Of a stretch of DNA of 64,000 bases, positions 17,864-27,241 are shown piece after piece (within the stretch, counting starts at the first letter, position 1; each line of letters opens with the position of its first letter). Under the pieces are notes generated by a model. That model saw nothing but the letters and a program-made list of their open reading frames with translations, made no database searches and was not told the DNA's origin. Origin of the DNA: Candidatus Saccharimonadota bacterium (lineage in GTDB: Bacteria; Patescibacteriota; Saccharimonadia; Saccharimonadales; Saccharimonadaceae); contig JACPYF010000010.1 of NCBI GenBank assembly GCA_016196195.1, positions 4,110-68,109 on the forward strand, written 5' to 3'. The position numbers and the translations under genes are program-made.

Positions 17864-20062
17864 ATGGCAAAGAAAAGAAAAACAATCAAAAAATCTAAAA
17901 AAACTACCTCGCAGCATGTTCTGCCTACTGGCTTTTGGGCGCAAGTAATAGGGGTAGTTTTGGTTGTTCTCGCACTACTACTAGTAGTTGCTATGTTCAG
18001 CGCCGGGGGACCAATACTGGGCATTATCTTTAACGCTTGCTTGGTCACAATTGGCTGGACTACATATATATTGCCGGTTTTATTAGTACTAGTAGCGATA
18101 GAGATATTTCGAGCCGAAGACAACAAACTATCGGGACTGGTGGTTTTTGCTAGCGTACTGTTGGTCGTGTGGCTATCTGGGCTTTTACAACTACTAGCAA
18201 CTGACCCGAAAGACATGGACGCTGCTATAGCTGGCCAAGGCGGTGGTTTTGTTGGTTGGTTGCTCGATCAAGCCGTATTGTCAATGCTGAGCGTGCCCAT
18301 TGCTGGCTTTGTGCTGATTGTCCTGTCGTTAATCACGATATTGTTTGTTCTAAAAGTCAGTCCAAAGACATTATTTGATCTGATCAAAAAGCTATTTGAG
18401 CGTGAAGAAGATAGTGAGAATAGCAAACTGAGCAGTCTTATTCGCAAAAATAACGGCGATGAAATCAAAGGCGAAGTGCCTAGCAAAACCGCAGGCCAGA
18501 TCAAACTAAACGAAGGTGTGCCAACTCTGCAGTTTGACGATGAAAAGAAGGGTAAGCTTTCTAGTCTAAAAGGTAGTGTAGCGCGCGACAAAGCCGCCGA
18601 AGAACAGTCAGCGCTAACAACATTCACCGACCCGAACTGGCAAGCGCCAAGCCTGGATCTACTTGAGAAAAAACAAAACCCAGCCGATGCTGGTGATGTT
18701 CAACACAACTCGCAGGTCATTCACGACACGTTGGCCGAATTTAACATCAATGTCGAAATGGAAAATGCCAACATTGGTCCAAAAGTTACACAGTACACAT
18801 TGAAACCACCTAGTGGCGTGAAGTTGACCAGGATTACTCAGCTAGAAACCAATATCGCGCTTAACTTGGCAGCGCAAAGTTTGCGTATGGAAGCGCCGAT
18901 TCCAGGTCAAAAAGCCGTTGGTATCGAGGTTCCAAACCGCAAAGCGGCCGATGTACGTATACGCGGTATTCTAGATTCCGACCAGTGGCGTTCAGTACGT
19001 GAACCACTAGGCTTTACTATTGGTCGCGATATTGCTGGCGATGCGGTTGTAGGCGAGCTAAACAAGATGCCTCACTTGTTGATTGCTGGTCAGACAGGTT
19101 CTGGTAAATCTGTAATGATCAACACGCTACTAACTAGCTTGCTATACCGCAATAGCCCTAGTGACATGAAGCTTATACTTGTTGATCCAAAGCAAGTTGA
19201 AATGGCGCCATATTCTGATATTCCGCACCTATTAGCGCCGGTTATTACCAAGCCAGAGGAGTGTATATCTGCACTTAAATGGGCGGTGAACGAGATGGAA
19301 AGACGCTATAACTTGCTAGCCGAAGAAAGACTACGCGACATCAAAAGCTACAACCAAAAGAAAAAAGACGAAGGCATGCCATACATTGTGATTGTGATCG
19401 ATGAGCTGGCAGACCTAATGATGATCGCTGCGCGCGACGTAGAAGCCTTGATTGTACGTTTGGCACAAAAGGCTAGGGCAGTTGGTATACACCTAGTACT
19501 AGCTACACAGCGCCCGAGCGTCGACGTTATTACAGGGCTAATCAAGGCCAACATACCTGCTCGTATCGCTTTTACAGTGGCCTCGCAGGTAGACTCACGC
19601 ACAATCCTCGACCAAATAGGTGCTGAAAAGCTGTTGGGTCAGGGTGATATGTTGCTACTGACACCAGAAATGAGCAAGCCAAAACGTATCCAGGGTGCCT
19701 GGGTGATGGAAGACGAAGTCCAAAAAGTGACTGATCATATGCGCATGCAGCGTGAGCCGCAGTACGATCCAGAGATTACCAAGCAGCCAGTGAACCTTAG
19801 CGGCAAGGGTGGTGTAGTGATGGACATGGATGGTGCTGGTGACGATGATTTATATCGCGATGCGCTGCAGGTAGTTGTAGATAGTGGCAAAGCGTCAGCC
19901 AGCCTGTTGCAACGACGTCTACGTGTAGGCTATGCCCGCGCAGCACGTTTGATCGAAACTATGGAAGACCAGGGTGTTATAGGCCCTGCAGACGGTGCAA
20001 GGCCACGTGAAGTACTGATCTCTAGCCTCGATGATCTCGGCGGTGGCGACGACGAAGAATAA
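17864..20062 (+). CDS. ftsK: DNA translocase FtsK/SpoIIIE
   Basis: N-terminal TM helices, Walker A AGQTGSGKS, VIVIDELADLM, C-terminal gamma wHTH (ASASLLQRRLRVGYARAARLIE). Confidence 0.95.
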   Translation: MAKKRKTIKKSKKTTSQHVLPTGFWAQVIGVVLVVLALLLVVAMFSAGGPILGIIFNACLVTIGWTTYILPVLLVLVAIEIFRAEDNKLSGLVVFASVLLVVWLSGLLQLLATDPKDMDAAIAGQGGGFVGWLLDQAVLSMLSVPIAGFVLIVLSLITILFVLKVSPKTLFDLIKKLFEREEDSENSKLSSLIRKNNGDEIKGEVPSKTAGQIKLNEGVPTLQFDDEKKGKLSSLKGSVARDKAAEEQSALTTFTDPNWQAPSLDLLEKKQNPADAGDVQHNSQVIHDTLAEFNINVEMENANIGPKVTQYTLKPPSGVKLTRITQLETNIALNLAAQSLRMEAPIPGQKAVGIEVPNRKAADVRIRGILDSDQWRSVREPLGFTIGRDIAGDAVVGELNKMPHLLIAGQTGSGKSVMINTLLTSLLYRNSPSDMKLILVDPKQVEMAPYSDIPHLLAPVITKPEECISALKWAVNEMERRYNLLAEERLRDIKSYNQKKKDEGMPYIVIVIDELADLMMIAARDVEALIVRLAQKARAVGIHLVLATQRPSVDVITGLIKANIPARIAFTVASQVDSRTILDQIGAEKLLGQGDMLLLTPEMSKPKRIQGAWVMEDEVQKVTDHMRMQREPQYDPEITKQPVNLSGKGGVVMDMDGAGDDDLYRDALQVVVDSGKASASLLQRRLRVGYARAARLIETMEDQGVIGPADGARPREVLISSLDDLGGGDDEE

Positions 20063-20082
20063 CTATATCTTTTAGTACAATA

Positions 20083-20111
20083 TTGACTTTTTAACACACT
20101 TATGCTAATAT
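20083..20111 (+). promoter_or_regulatory. sigma-70-like promoter (TTGACT-17-TAATAT)
   Basis: Hexamers at 20083-20088 and 20106-20111 with a 17-nt spacer. This argues for ATG 20150 rather than the ORF start at 20102. Confidence 0.5.
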
Positions 20112-20149
20112 TTAGGTATAAGTTAGCAAAAACAAAAAAGGTTATAAAA

Positions 20150-20506
20150 ATGTTCGACAGATTAAAACGAAAGATACGATCCCCAGGAGAAGTACTCAAA
20201 GATGCAAACGGCACTAAAGCATTAGGTAATTTAGCATTATTGCACGCGTACCGTGAAAAGGAAGCAAGATTAGCACACTTACAGTCTAATTCAGCTTCAG
20301 AAAGCGACCTTCCTGAAGGCGAACTAGAGGCTTTAAGGGCAGAAGTTGAAGCTGGCCATGAGCAATTTGGTTCAGACATAGGTAGGAGCAAACTAGGTTT
20401 AGCTGCGCGTCAGGGTGACCAGTTCCACATCCCAGATGTTGAACCTATAGTCACTAAAGCAGAAGAAACTGTAGAAGCTAAAGACGACGAGAAGATCGCT
20501 GCATAA
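20150..20506 (+). CDS. hypothetical protein (acidic, helical)
   Basis: 118-aa ORF downstream of a predicted promoter and followed by an intrinsic terminator. No motif recognised. Confidence 0.45.
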   Translation: MFDRLKRKIRSPGEVLKDANGTKALGNLALLHAYREKEARLAHLQSNSASESDLPEGELEALRAEVEAGHEQFGSDIGRSKLGLAARQGDQFHIPDVEPIVTKAEETVEAKDDEKIAA

Positions 20507-20525
20507 ACCAACTTTCTAAAAATAA

Positions 20526-20558
20526 AGACCCACCTCTTGTCGGGTGGTCTTTTTTTTG
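20526..20558 (+). terminator. rho-independent terminator
   Basis: AGACC(C)ACC / GGTGGTCT stem with a one-nt bulge, followed by T8. Confidence 0.7.
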
Positions 20559-20636
20559 GTATAATTACCTCTGTAATAAAACTTCAGCTCGTCCTACACA
20601 GCCGAGCATCCATAGAAAGGATTCCAAGGGAGTATC

Positions 20637-20996
20637 ATGAAAGAATACGAACTAACTGTTCTAATCCATCCAGATTTAGAGATGGATATAGAAAAACCGC
20701 TGAAAAAGATTCGCGGAATTATCACCGATAACGGCGGTGAAATTGTCAAAGAAACTAGTTGGGGTAAAAAGAAACTAGCATACAAGATCCGCAAAGAAGA
20801 TTTTGCTGTGTATGTTTACTTTGACCTGAAGCTACCAGCGCCAGCGTTAGCAAAGCTATCCAGTGTGTTTAACATTACCGACGAACTACTGCGTTATTTG
20901 ATTGTCAGTACTGACGAAAAAACCAAGGCTAAAATAGCCGAAGCACGTGAACGTGCAGCGAAAAGTGAGTCAAAGGAGGATCAGAACGATGGCTAA
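20637..20996 (+). CDS. rpsF: 30S ribosomal protein S6
   Basis: MKEYELTVLIHPDLE...WGKKKLAYKI. rpsF-ssb-rpsR synteny. Confidence 0.94.
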   Translation: MKEYELTVLIHPDLEMDIEKPLKKIRGIITDNGGEIVKETSWGKKKLAYKIRKEDFAVYVYFDLKLPAPALAKLSSVFNITDELLRYLIVSTDEKTKAKIAEARERAAKSESKEDQNDG

Positions 20997-21429
20997 ATCT
21001 ATCAACCAAGTAATCATCATGGGACGCCTAACTCGCGACCCTGAAATGCGAACAACTCCGGGCGGCAAGAGTGTAACTAGTTTTAGCCTAGCTGTTGATC
21101 GCCAAGGTAGCGATGACACAGCTGACTTTTTCGACATCACAGCTTGGGAAAAACTAGGTGAACTAGTTAACCAATACCTATCAAAGGGTCGTCGTTGCCT
21201 CGTACAAGGACGATTGCGACAAGAAAGCTGGGATGACAAAGAAACTGGCAAAAAGCGTTCACGCGTGGCAGTTGTTGCTAGCGACGTAACTTTTCTAGAC
21301 GGTCCTACCGGAGACGAAGGCGGTAGTTCAGCTGCGCCAAAAGCTAGCTCAGCCCCGAAAAAGGGCGATGATGTTGTGATAGAAGACATCGACGACAAAC
21401 CAATAGACCTATCAGAAATACCATTTTAG
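20989..21429 (+). CDS. ssb: single-stranded DNA-binding protein
   Basis: MAKSINQVIIMGRLTRDPEMRTTPGG OB fold and acidic C-terminal tip DLSEIPF. The ATG overlaps the rpsF end by 8 nt. Confidence 0.93.
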   Translation: MAKSINQVIIMGRLTRDPEMRTTPGGKSVTSFSLAVDRQGSDDTADFFDITAWEKLGELVNQYLSKGRRCLVQGRLRQESWDDKETGKKRSRVAVVASDVTFLDGPTGDEGGSSAAPKASSAPKKGDDVVIEDIDDKPIDLSEIPF

Positions 21430-21438
21430 GAGAAATTT

Positions 21439-21642
21439 ATGGCTTATAAAAAATCACGATCAAGCAACCCAAGCTATTTCGACTACAAAGACCCAAAAAC
21501 TTTGCAACGTTTCGTAAATATCTACGGTCAAATCGAACCAATCAGCAAAACTAATCTCAGCGCTAAACAACAGCGTCAGTTAGCTCGCGAAATCAAACGC
21601 GCCCGCCACTTGGCTCTCATGCCATTTGCTGTTAGCGCATAG
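21439..21642 (+). CDS. rpsR: 30S ribosomal protein S18
   Basis: DYKDPKTLQRFVNIYGQIEP...LSAKQQRQLAREIKRARHLALMP. Confidence 0.94.
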   Translation: MAYKKSRSSNPSYFDYKDPKTLQRFVNIYGQIEPISKTNLSAKQQRQLAREIKRARHLALMPFAVSA

Positions 21643-21651
21643 GATTGCCAA

Positions 21652-22215
21652 ATGTACGGTCCAACAGATCTAAAAAAGGGCACAGTAGTCCAAATTGACG
21701 GCAAACCTTTCAAGGTTATTGATTACAATCAAAAAGTTTTAGGACGTGGCGGTAGTATCGTTAACGTGCGTCTGAAGAACTTGATAGATGGTGGAGTAAT
21801 TCCAAAAACTTTCAAGGGCGCAGACAAAATCGAACCGGCTGATGTTTCTAACCAAAAAGTACAATATTTGTATGCAGACGGAAATGAATTTCATTTCATG
21901 AACCCTGATAGCTTCGAGCAGTTCGCACTCAACGCCGACCTAGTAGAAGAAGCCGCGCCATACCTGAAGGAAGGCGACGAGCTGGATCTACAGTTTTTTG
22001 ACGGCAATGTTATCAATGTTGATCTACCAAAGAATCTGTATCTAAAGGTTACCTATACCGAGAACGTAGTTAAAGGTGATACTACCAGCAATGTCCTAAA
22101 GGACGCCCAAACCGAAACGGGATTAACCGTCAAAGTTCCAGCATTTATCAAGACCAACGACACAATCAAAGTCGACACCCGAACTGGTGAATACCTAGAG
22201 CGTAAAAAAGACTAG
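21652..22215 (+). CDS. efp: elongation factor P
   Basis: DLKKGTVVQIDGKPFKVIDYNQ...GRGGSIVNVRLKN. Three-domain length. Confidence 0.93.
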   Translation: MYGPTDLKKGTVVQIDGKPFKVIDYNQKVLGRGGSIVNVRLKNLIDGGVIPKTFKGADKIEPADVSNQKVQYLYADGNEFHFMNPDSFEQFALNADLVEEAAPYLKEGDELDLQFFDGNVINVDLPKNLYLKVTYTENVVKGDTTSNVLKDAQTETGLTVKVPAFIKTNDTIKVDTRTGEYLERKKD

Positions 22216-22216
22216 C

Positions 22217-22729
22217 ATGGCAGCCGAAAAACTGATAGTTGCAACCTTCGAGCCAGTCGAGGTTGGCCAGAGGTTCAAAAAGCTACCTATGCACGTGACA
22301 ATGATGCCTTGGCTCAATATAGATTCTAGAAAAGAGGCAGAATTCGACCGGTATATGAGAGTAATTGCTAGAAAGCTTGAAAATATCTATGTCGTAGGCC
22401 AAGACGAGGCGATGTTTGGGCCAGAATATGATACCAAGGTGCGCCTAGTGGTTGACGCTGTTTTGCGAGCTGTACATTTCGATATTCTGACAGCAGCAAA
22501 CTGGACTGAGGCGACCTATGACGAAAGATACGTTGGAGAAAACTATGTCCCACATGTTAGCTATACGCAGGAAAAACGATTTGCCGAAGGTGAAATTGCT
22601 AGTGTCTCGGCGATGCAGGCAATCAACAGAGGTCGATGGCCTAGCAAGAAAAAGAAGGTCCACGGAGTCTATGACTTTGGCGAACCATTAGATACCGATA
22701 ACATTCACCAAGCTATACTAATAATATGA
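22217..22729 (+). CDS. 2H phosphoesterase (LigT-like) superfamily protein
   Basis: Two H-x-T/S motifs at the expected spacing: PMHVTMMPW and VPHVSYTQ. Confidence 0.45.
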   Translation: MAAEKLIVATFEPVEVGQRFKKLPMHVTMMPWLNIDSRKEAEFDRYMRVIARKLENIYVVGQDEAMFGPEYDTKVRLVVDAVLRAVHFDILTAANWTEATYDERYVGENYVPHVSYTQEKRFAEGEIASVSAMQAINRGRWPSKKKKVHGVYDFGEPLDTDNIHQAILII

Positions 22730-23466
22730 AGACTAGGCTAGATCAAACACTTGTGAATAAAGGGCTAGTTTCGTCACGCTCACAGGCCGAAAGTTTTATA
22801 CGACTAGGTAAGGTAACTGTTGATGGCAAGGTTGTAGAAAAGCCCGGACACTTTGTAACCGATCAGGCTAAGCTAAAGGTCAATCAAAACGAGCAATATG
22901 TATCACGTGCCGGTATGAAGCTAGCTAGCGTGGCTGCCAATTTGGGACTGGATTTTACTAATAAAACTGTGCTGGATGTTGGTTCTAGTACGGGTGGTTT
23001 TACGGACTATTCACTGCGTCGTGGTGCTAAAAAAGTAATTGCTGTTGATGTTGGTACGGATCAGCTACACCCTAATTTGCAAGGTCATAAACAAATCGAA
23101 CTACATGAAAAAACCGATATTCGCGACGTTTCTATTAACGATGAGCGCGTAGTAAAGCTAGACAAGGCGCCGGATATTGTATTGATAGACGTTAGTTTCA
23201 TTAGCTTACGTGAAATATTGCCACACCTTGGTAGACATGTAGCTGGTAAGAATACTCAGGTTGTGGCTATGTTGAAGCCCCAATTCGAGGCTGGTTTCGG
23301 TCAGTCCAACAAAGGTGTTATAAAAAACGATTCTGTCCGTCGCCAGATACTAAAGGATTTTGAAACATGGGTACGAAAAGAATTTGTAATTTTAGATAAA
23401 CGTGACAGCGAAGTTAGCGGAGCAAAAGGTAACCGTGAGCGATTTTATCTACTGAAAAAATCTTAA
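22726..23466 (+). CDS. tlyA: TlyA-family rRNA 2'-O-methyltransferase
   Basis: S4 domain RLDQTLVNKGLVSSRSQAESFI and SAM motif VLDVGSSTGGFTD. ATGA overlap with the upstream gene. Confidence 0.9.
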   Translation: MKTRLDQTLVNKGLVSSRSQAESFIRLGKVTVDGKVVEKPGHFVTDQAKLKVNQNEQYVSRAGMKLASVAANLGLDFTNKTVLDVGSSTGGFTDYSLRRGAKKVIAVDVGTDQLHPNLQGHKQIELHEKTDIRDVSINDERVVKLDKAPDIVLIDVSFISLREILPHLGRHVAGKNTQVVAMLKPQFEAGFGQSNKGVIKNDSVRRQILKDFETWVRKEFVILDKRDSEVSGAKGNRERFYLLKKS

Positions 23467-23587
23467 ACAATAAATATCTGTATTCGCATAAAATGTTGTA
23501 AAATATACAAAAAGCTTGCGCTTGTGTTTGACAAGAGTAGCATAAGAAGTAGGTACTATAAACATTAACATCGAAATAAGATAAAAA

Positions 23588-24376
23588 ATGCCCACATTAC
23601 CACGTTTAATAAGACGAAATAGAGTTGAAGTAACTGATTTAGATGTTGAAAATGGTGGGATTGAAGCAGAAAAAGCTTTTATTGCTGCAGAATTTGATTT
23701 ACTACACGCTAAAGCACTAGAAGATGGACTTGGTATTACGGAAGTATACTTGAAAAAAGATGAAGATTCTTCAAGGCATATGGTGCAAGAGCTAAATTCC
23801 GTACCATTCAACGCTGCCGGTTTAGTTGAAATTGTCGAACCTATAACTAACGAAGGTCCGGTAGATGTGAGACGTATGCTCGTGGTTAAGCGTCAAGATC
23901 CTGATACGCCAAGAGATATAATTACTACATTTTTCCAGCTGGACATAGTTCGCCAAGGTGGCAAGGAAGACTTAAGAAGTGCAGTTTTGTTTAGTGAAGT
24001 AATAGGCGAAGATATTGCAAAAGAAGCGACCGTTAGGTTTAATGCGCAAACAGGCGAGTTTAGTGGAAATCAAACAATAAAAAGACACGGTGAGAAAAAA
24101 GAGCATATAGATACAAGCCTACGGGATTGCAATCACGATATTCACGATGCTGTTGCAACGCTTGATCAACCGGTTGTTGAGGTGGTAGAAAGCGTAACTG
24201 ATGAGTTTGAGGCTATTCAAGATGAAGACGAAGGCATAGTAGCTGATTTTAATATCTCAGATACTTCCAGCGAAAGGCGCGGTGTGCTGACGTCAACCAA
24301 GGTTGCTATTAAGCTTGGCGCACAAGCAGCTAAAGATGCATTTATGGCTGCTCGTCAACAAGAAACTAAACGTTAA
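23588..24376 (+). CDS. hypothetical acidic protein
   Basis: 262-aa ORF preceded by an AT-rich intergenic region. No motif recognised. Its end converges on ychF with an 11-nt overlap. Confidence 0.45.
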   Translation: MPTLPRLIRRNRVEVTDLDVENGGIEAEKAFIAAEFDLLHAKALEDGLGITEVYLKKDEDSSRHMVQELNSVPFNAAGLVEIVEPITNEGPVDVRRMLVVKRQDPDTPRDIITTFFQLDIVRQGGKEDLRSAVLFSEVIGEDIAKEATVRFNAQTGEFSGNQTIKRHGEKKEHIDTSLRDCNHDIHDAVATLDQPVVEVVESVTDEFEAIQDEDEGIVADFNISDTSSERRGVLTSTKVAIKLGAQAAKDAFMAARQQETKR

Positions 24377-25424
24377 ACCGAAATTCAACTACATCACCCG
24401 GTTGCATGACATAGTCTTTGCCCTCTGTGCGTATCTTGCCTGCAGATTTGGCAGCGGCCTCAGAGCCAGCGGTGATTAGATCGTCATAATCAATGACTTG
24501 AGCAGCGATAAAACCTCGTTCGAAATCAGTATGTATGACGCCGGCCGCCTGTGGCCCGGTAGAGCCCTTTTTGATTGTCCAAGCTCGGATTTCTTTCGGT
24601 CCGGCGGTTAGGTAACTCTGCAGGCCTAAGGTATCATATGCGGCGTGAATTAACTGAGGCAAACCAGCTTCTTTTACGCCATAACTTTCTAACAGTTCGG
24701 CAGCTTCCTCGGGTATCAAACTTTTTAGCTCTTCCTCTAGCTTTGCGCAAACAAACGTAGCTTGGGCCGGTGCAACTAGATCGCGCAAGTTTTGTGTCTT
24801 TGTGTTATCGGCCAAAGTCTCTTCATCGACATTGAACAAATAAATTATAGGCTTGGTTGATAATAGCTGAGCGTCAATGTTGGGCAGGTTGCTGAGATCG
24901 CCTTTTTCTAGCAAATCCTTGGCCTTCAGTAGACTCTCCATCTCTTTTTTAGCATCTGGTTTGGTCTTGGCTTCTTTTTGCAATTTCGGCAGCATTTTGT
25001 CGATGGTTTGTATGTCAGCTAGAGCTAGCTCGGTGTTAATTGTCTCTATATCGTGCTGGGGATCGTGATTTTCATCAACATGAACCACGTCGCTGTCACT
25101 AAAAGCCCGCACTACATGTACAACTGCGTCGCATTCACGAATGTTTGCCAGAAATTTGTTGCCCAAGCCCTCGCCCTTGCTGGCACCGGCAACCAAGCCT
25201 GCAATGTCAACAAATGTCACAGTAGCAGGTAGGACTTTTTGCGAGCCGTATAAACTTTTTAATTTTTCTAGTCGTTCGTCAGGGACAGGCACGATTCCGG
25301 TGTTGGGCTCGATCGTCGCAAAAGGGTAGTTAGCTGCCAGCGCGTCAGCGTCTGTCAGGGCATTGAATAAGGTAGACTTGCCAACATTGGGCAGGCCGAT
25401 GATTCCTACTCTACCAAACGACAA
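24366..25424 (-). CDS. ychF: ribosome-binding ATPase YchF
   Basis: [19 protein letters not shown]-loop and C-terminal TGS-like [19 protein letters not shown] at 25424 gives the canonical N-terminus (M)[12 protein letters not shown]. The 73-aa upstream extension in the ORF track is rejected. Confidence 0.88.
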   Translation of the reverse strand: MSFGRVGIIGLPNVGKSTLFNALTDADALAANYPFATIEPNTGIVPVPDERLEKLKSLYGSQKVLPATVTFVDIAGLVAGASKGEGLGNKFLANIRECDAVVHVVRAFSDSDVVHVDENHDPQHDIETINTELALADIQTIDKMLPKLQKEAKTKPDAKKEMESLLKAKDLLEKGDLSNLPNIDAQLLSTKPIIYLFNVDEETLADNTKTQNLRDLVAPAQATFVCAKLEEELKSLIPEEAAELLESYGVKEAGLPQLIHAAYDTLGLQSYLTAGPKEIRAWTIKKGSTGPQAAGVIHTDFERGFIAAQVIDYDDLITAGSEAAAKSAGKIRTEGKDYVMQPGDVVEFRFNV

Positions 25425-25458
25425 AGAACCTAGTGCAGCACGTAGGTTACGTTTTCCT

Positions 25459-26328
25459 ATGATACTCAGCCCCGAGCAGCGGGCCGAGAGGTTCGGTAAA
25501 TCGCCAGCTGAAGTAGAGTCCATGTCAAAGGAAGAAATCGATGAGTTCAACCAGGAAAAAGGCGCCGAACGTATGAAGAAATTGGCGGTCAAGCACGCAG
25601 TAGCATTTTTGGAAGAAGCGTTTGAAGAAGGATTAGTTCTAGACAATCAAGGCCTCAGGGACGCAGTAACACTCGTGATGGCTAACTTGGCGGAAACTTT
25701 GTACAAAAAAGAGGGTAATGTCTCGGACCTTGAAAGTTATGCATTTACTGTGCATCCGTTTCTAAAGGAGCACATCGAGCAAGTAATAAACTTAGCAACT
25801 CACGATATGCTGACTGGTGCTTTGAACAAGTTTGGTCTGGAATGGTATATATCCGAAGAGCTCGATAACATTGAGGCTGGACTGAGCATCGACCTGAAGG
25901 ATTTTAAGAAAATTAATGATAGATTTGGTCATCAACGTGGTGATGAAGTTCTGAGAGACGTAGCGAAGATATTAGAACGTGCACTGAGAGATCACGACAA
26001 AATTGCCCGTATCGGGGGTGATGAGTTTTTCGCAGTTTTGAGCGACAAGTCCAAGGGTGGTAAAACCGAAGAGGGTCAAACTATCCGTCTTCAGGATAAA
26101 AAGCTTGACGCAGCCGAAATTGCCGATATAGCAGCGGAGCGTATTGCTAGTGAGTTGCAGGTATATTTGGACAAAAACCCAAACCTGGTTGATATAGGAT
26201 TTGATATTTCAGTAGGTTCGGTTGTTTGGCGTCATGGGGTATCAACAGAGGTGTTGATGGATGAGGCGGATAAAGATATGTACGCGCATAAAAAGCGCCA
26301 GCGAGCAAAGAATGGTCAGTACAGATAA
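25459..26328 (+). CDS. diguanylate cyclase (GGDEF domain with RxxD I-site), helical N-terminal region
   Basis: LTGALNKFG...DLKDFKKINDRFGHQRGDEVL...RDHDKIARIGGDEFFAVL. The start is uncertain (ATG 25459 or 25522). The ORF-track start 25363 overlaps ychF. Confidence 0.82.
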   Translation: MILSPEQRAERFGKSPAEVESMSKEEIDEFNQEKGAERMKKLAVKHAVAFLEEAFEEGLVLDNQGLRDAVTLVMANLAETLYKKEGNVSDLESYAFTVHPFLKEHIEQVINLATHDMLTGALNKFGLEWYISEELDNIEAGLSIDLKDFKKINDRFGHQRGDEVLRDVAKILERALRDHDKIARIGGDEFFAVLSDKSKGGKTEEGQTIRLQDKKLDAAEIADIAAERIASELQVYLDKNPNLVDIGFDISVGSVVWRHGVSTEVLMDEADKDMYAHKKRQRAKNGQYR

Positions 26329-26452
26329 CCTTTGGCGAAATAATAAATAAACTGCAACGAAGCTGCCTATAATTGATCTTTATACAATAAATATTGTAAA
26401 ATAAACAAAATAGACTAGTAAAATTCACCTTACAAAGGAAGACAAATCTATA

Positions 26453-27241
26453 ATGCAAATTGAAAGATGGGTGGATATAATCCAATCTACAATTCAGAAA
26501 AGTGCCCGACTGGACGAGGTGGTTGTAGTATTAGATTGCGGTCACTTTGATAGCAAACTAGGTGTTGATGATTTTTCCATAAATTCTACAAATATTGCTG
26601 GTGATATTTATATGCTTTCAAGAAGGCTTAGAAAGAAGGGCCTGAAGTTTGTATTTAGTGTTCTCAGGGACGATGTTGGTATGACCTGTAGTTTGGACGA
26701 TGACAGCTGTGAAGTTGATGGTCGACACCAAGCTACCGAGCATCAGGTGCCAGCAGAAATTTTAAAATCGCTACAAAAAATTGAAGGCTTTCGTTCCGAG
26801 AAAGTAAAATTATTTTCGGAAAAAACTGCCCGAAACCGTGGTATACAATTTTTTAGAAAACAGAAAAAGATGGACGCATTGGGAAGCAACTTTTTGCTTG
26901 AAAAAAAAGACGACCAGAGCAAGCTTCTTTTTCGGCTAAGCGATGATAACAAGGTGCTACTGGCTGATATATTAGATGATGCACATTGGATCGGTCATTG
27001 CCCGCTACTTATGGGTATGCATTATGTCGATATAGCTGCATGGGCAAAAAAGATCTATATAGACAAGAGCAAGGTTTTAATCATTGATTTTTCTATGAGT
27101 TATGACAAGGGAAAAGTGAATGCCGGTGCTGAGGTAGCTTTGGACCTCAACGCTCCACAGGGTACATTGCTGGGAATTATTAATGTGTGTAGTTCCGATG
27201 AAGAATTTACCGTACACACAACGGACATAAAGGTTGCCTAG
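26453..27241 (+). CDS. hypothetical protein, first gene of a coupled three-gene unit
   Basis: 262-aa ORF, visibly lower G+C (22/60 on line 26521). Several Cys/His pairs (LDCGH, IGHCPLL). The stop TAG overlaps the GTG of the next gene. Confidence 0.5.
   Translation: MQIERWVDIIQSTIQKSARLDEVVVVLDCGHFDSKLGVDDFSINSTNIAGDIYMLSRRLRKKGLKFVFSVLRDDVGMTCSLDDDSCEVDGRHQATEHQVPAEILKSLQKIEGFRSEKVKLFSEKTARNRGIQFFRKQKKMDALGSNFLLEKKDDQSKLLFRLSDDNKVLLADILDDAHWIGHCPLLMGMHYVDIAAWAKKIYIDKSKVLIIDFSMSYDKGKVNAGAEVALDLNAPQGTLLGIINVCSSDEEFTVHTTDIKVA

Noticed and set aside
24366-25646. 426-aa version of the ychF ORF with a 73-aa Ser-rich N-terminal extension
   Set aside because: The extension is low complexity and has no YchF counterpart. 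It overlaps the divergently coded GGDEF gene. A TTG at 25424 gives the canonical N-terminus directly before the P-loop.
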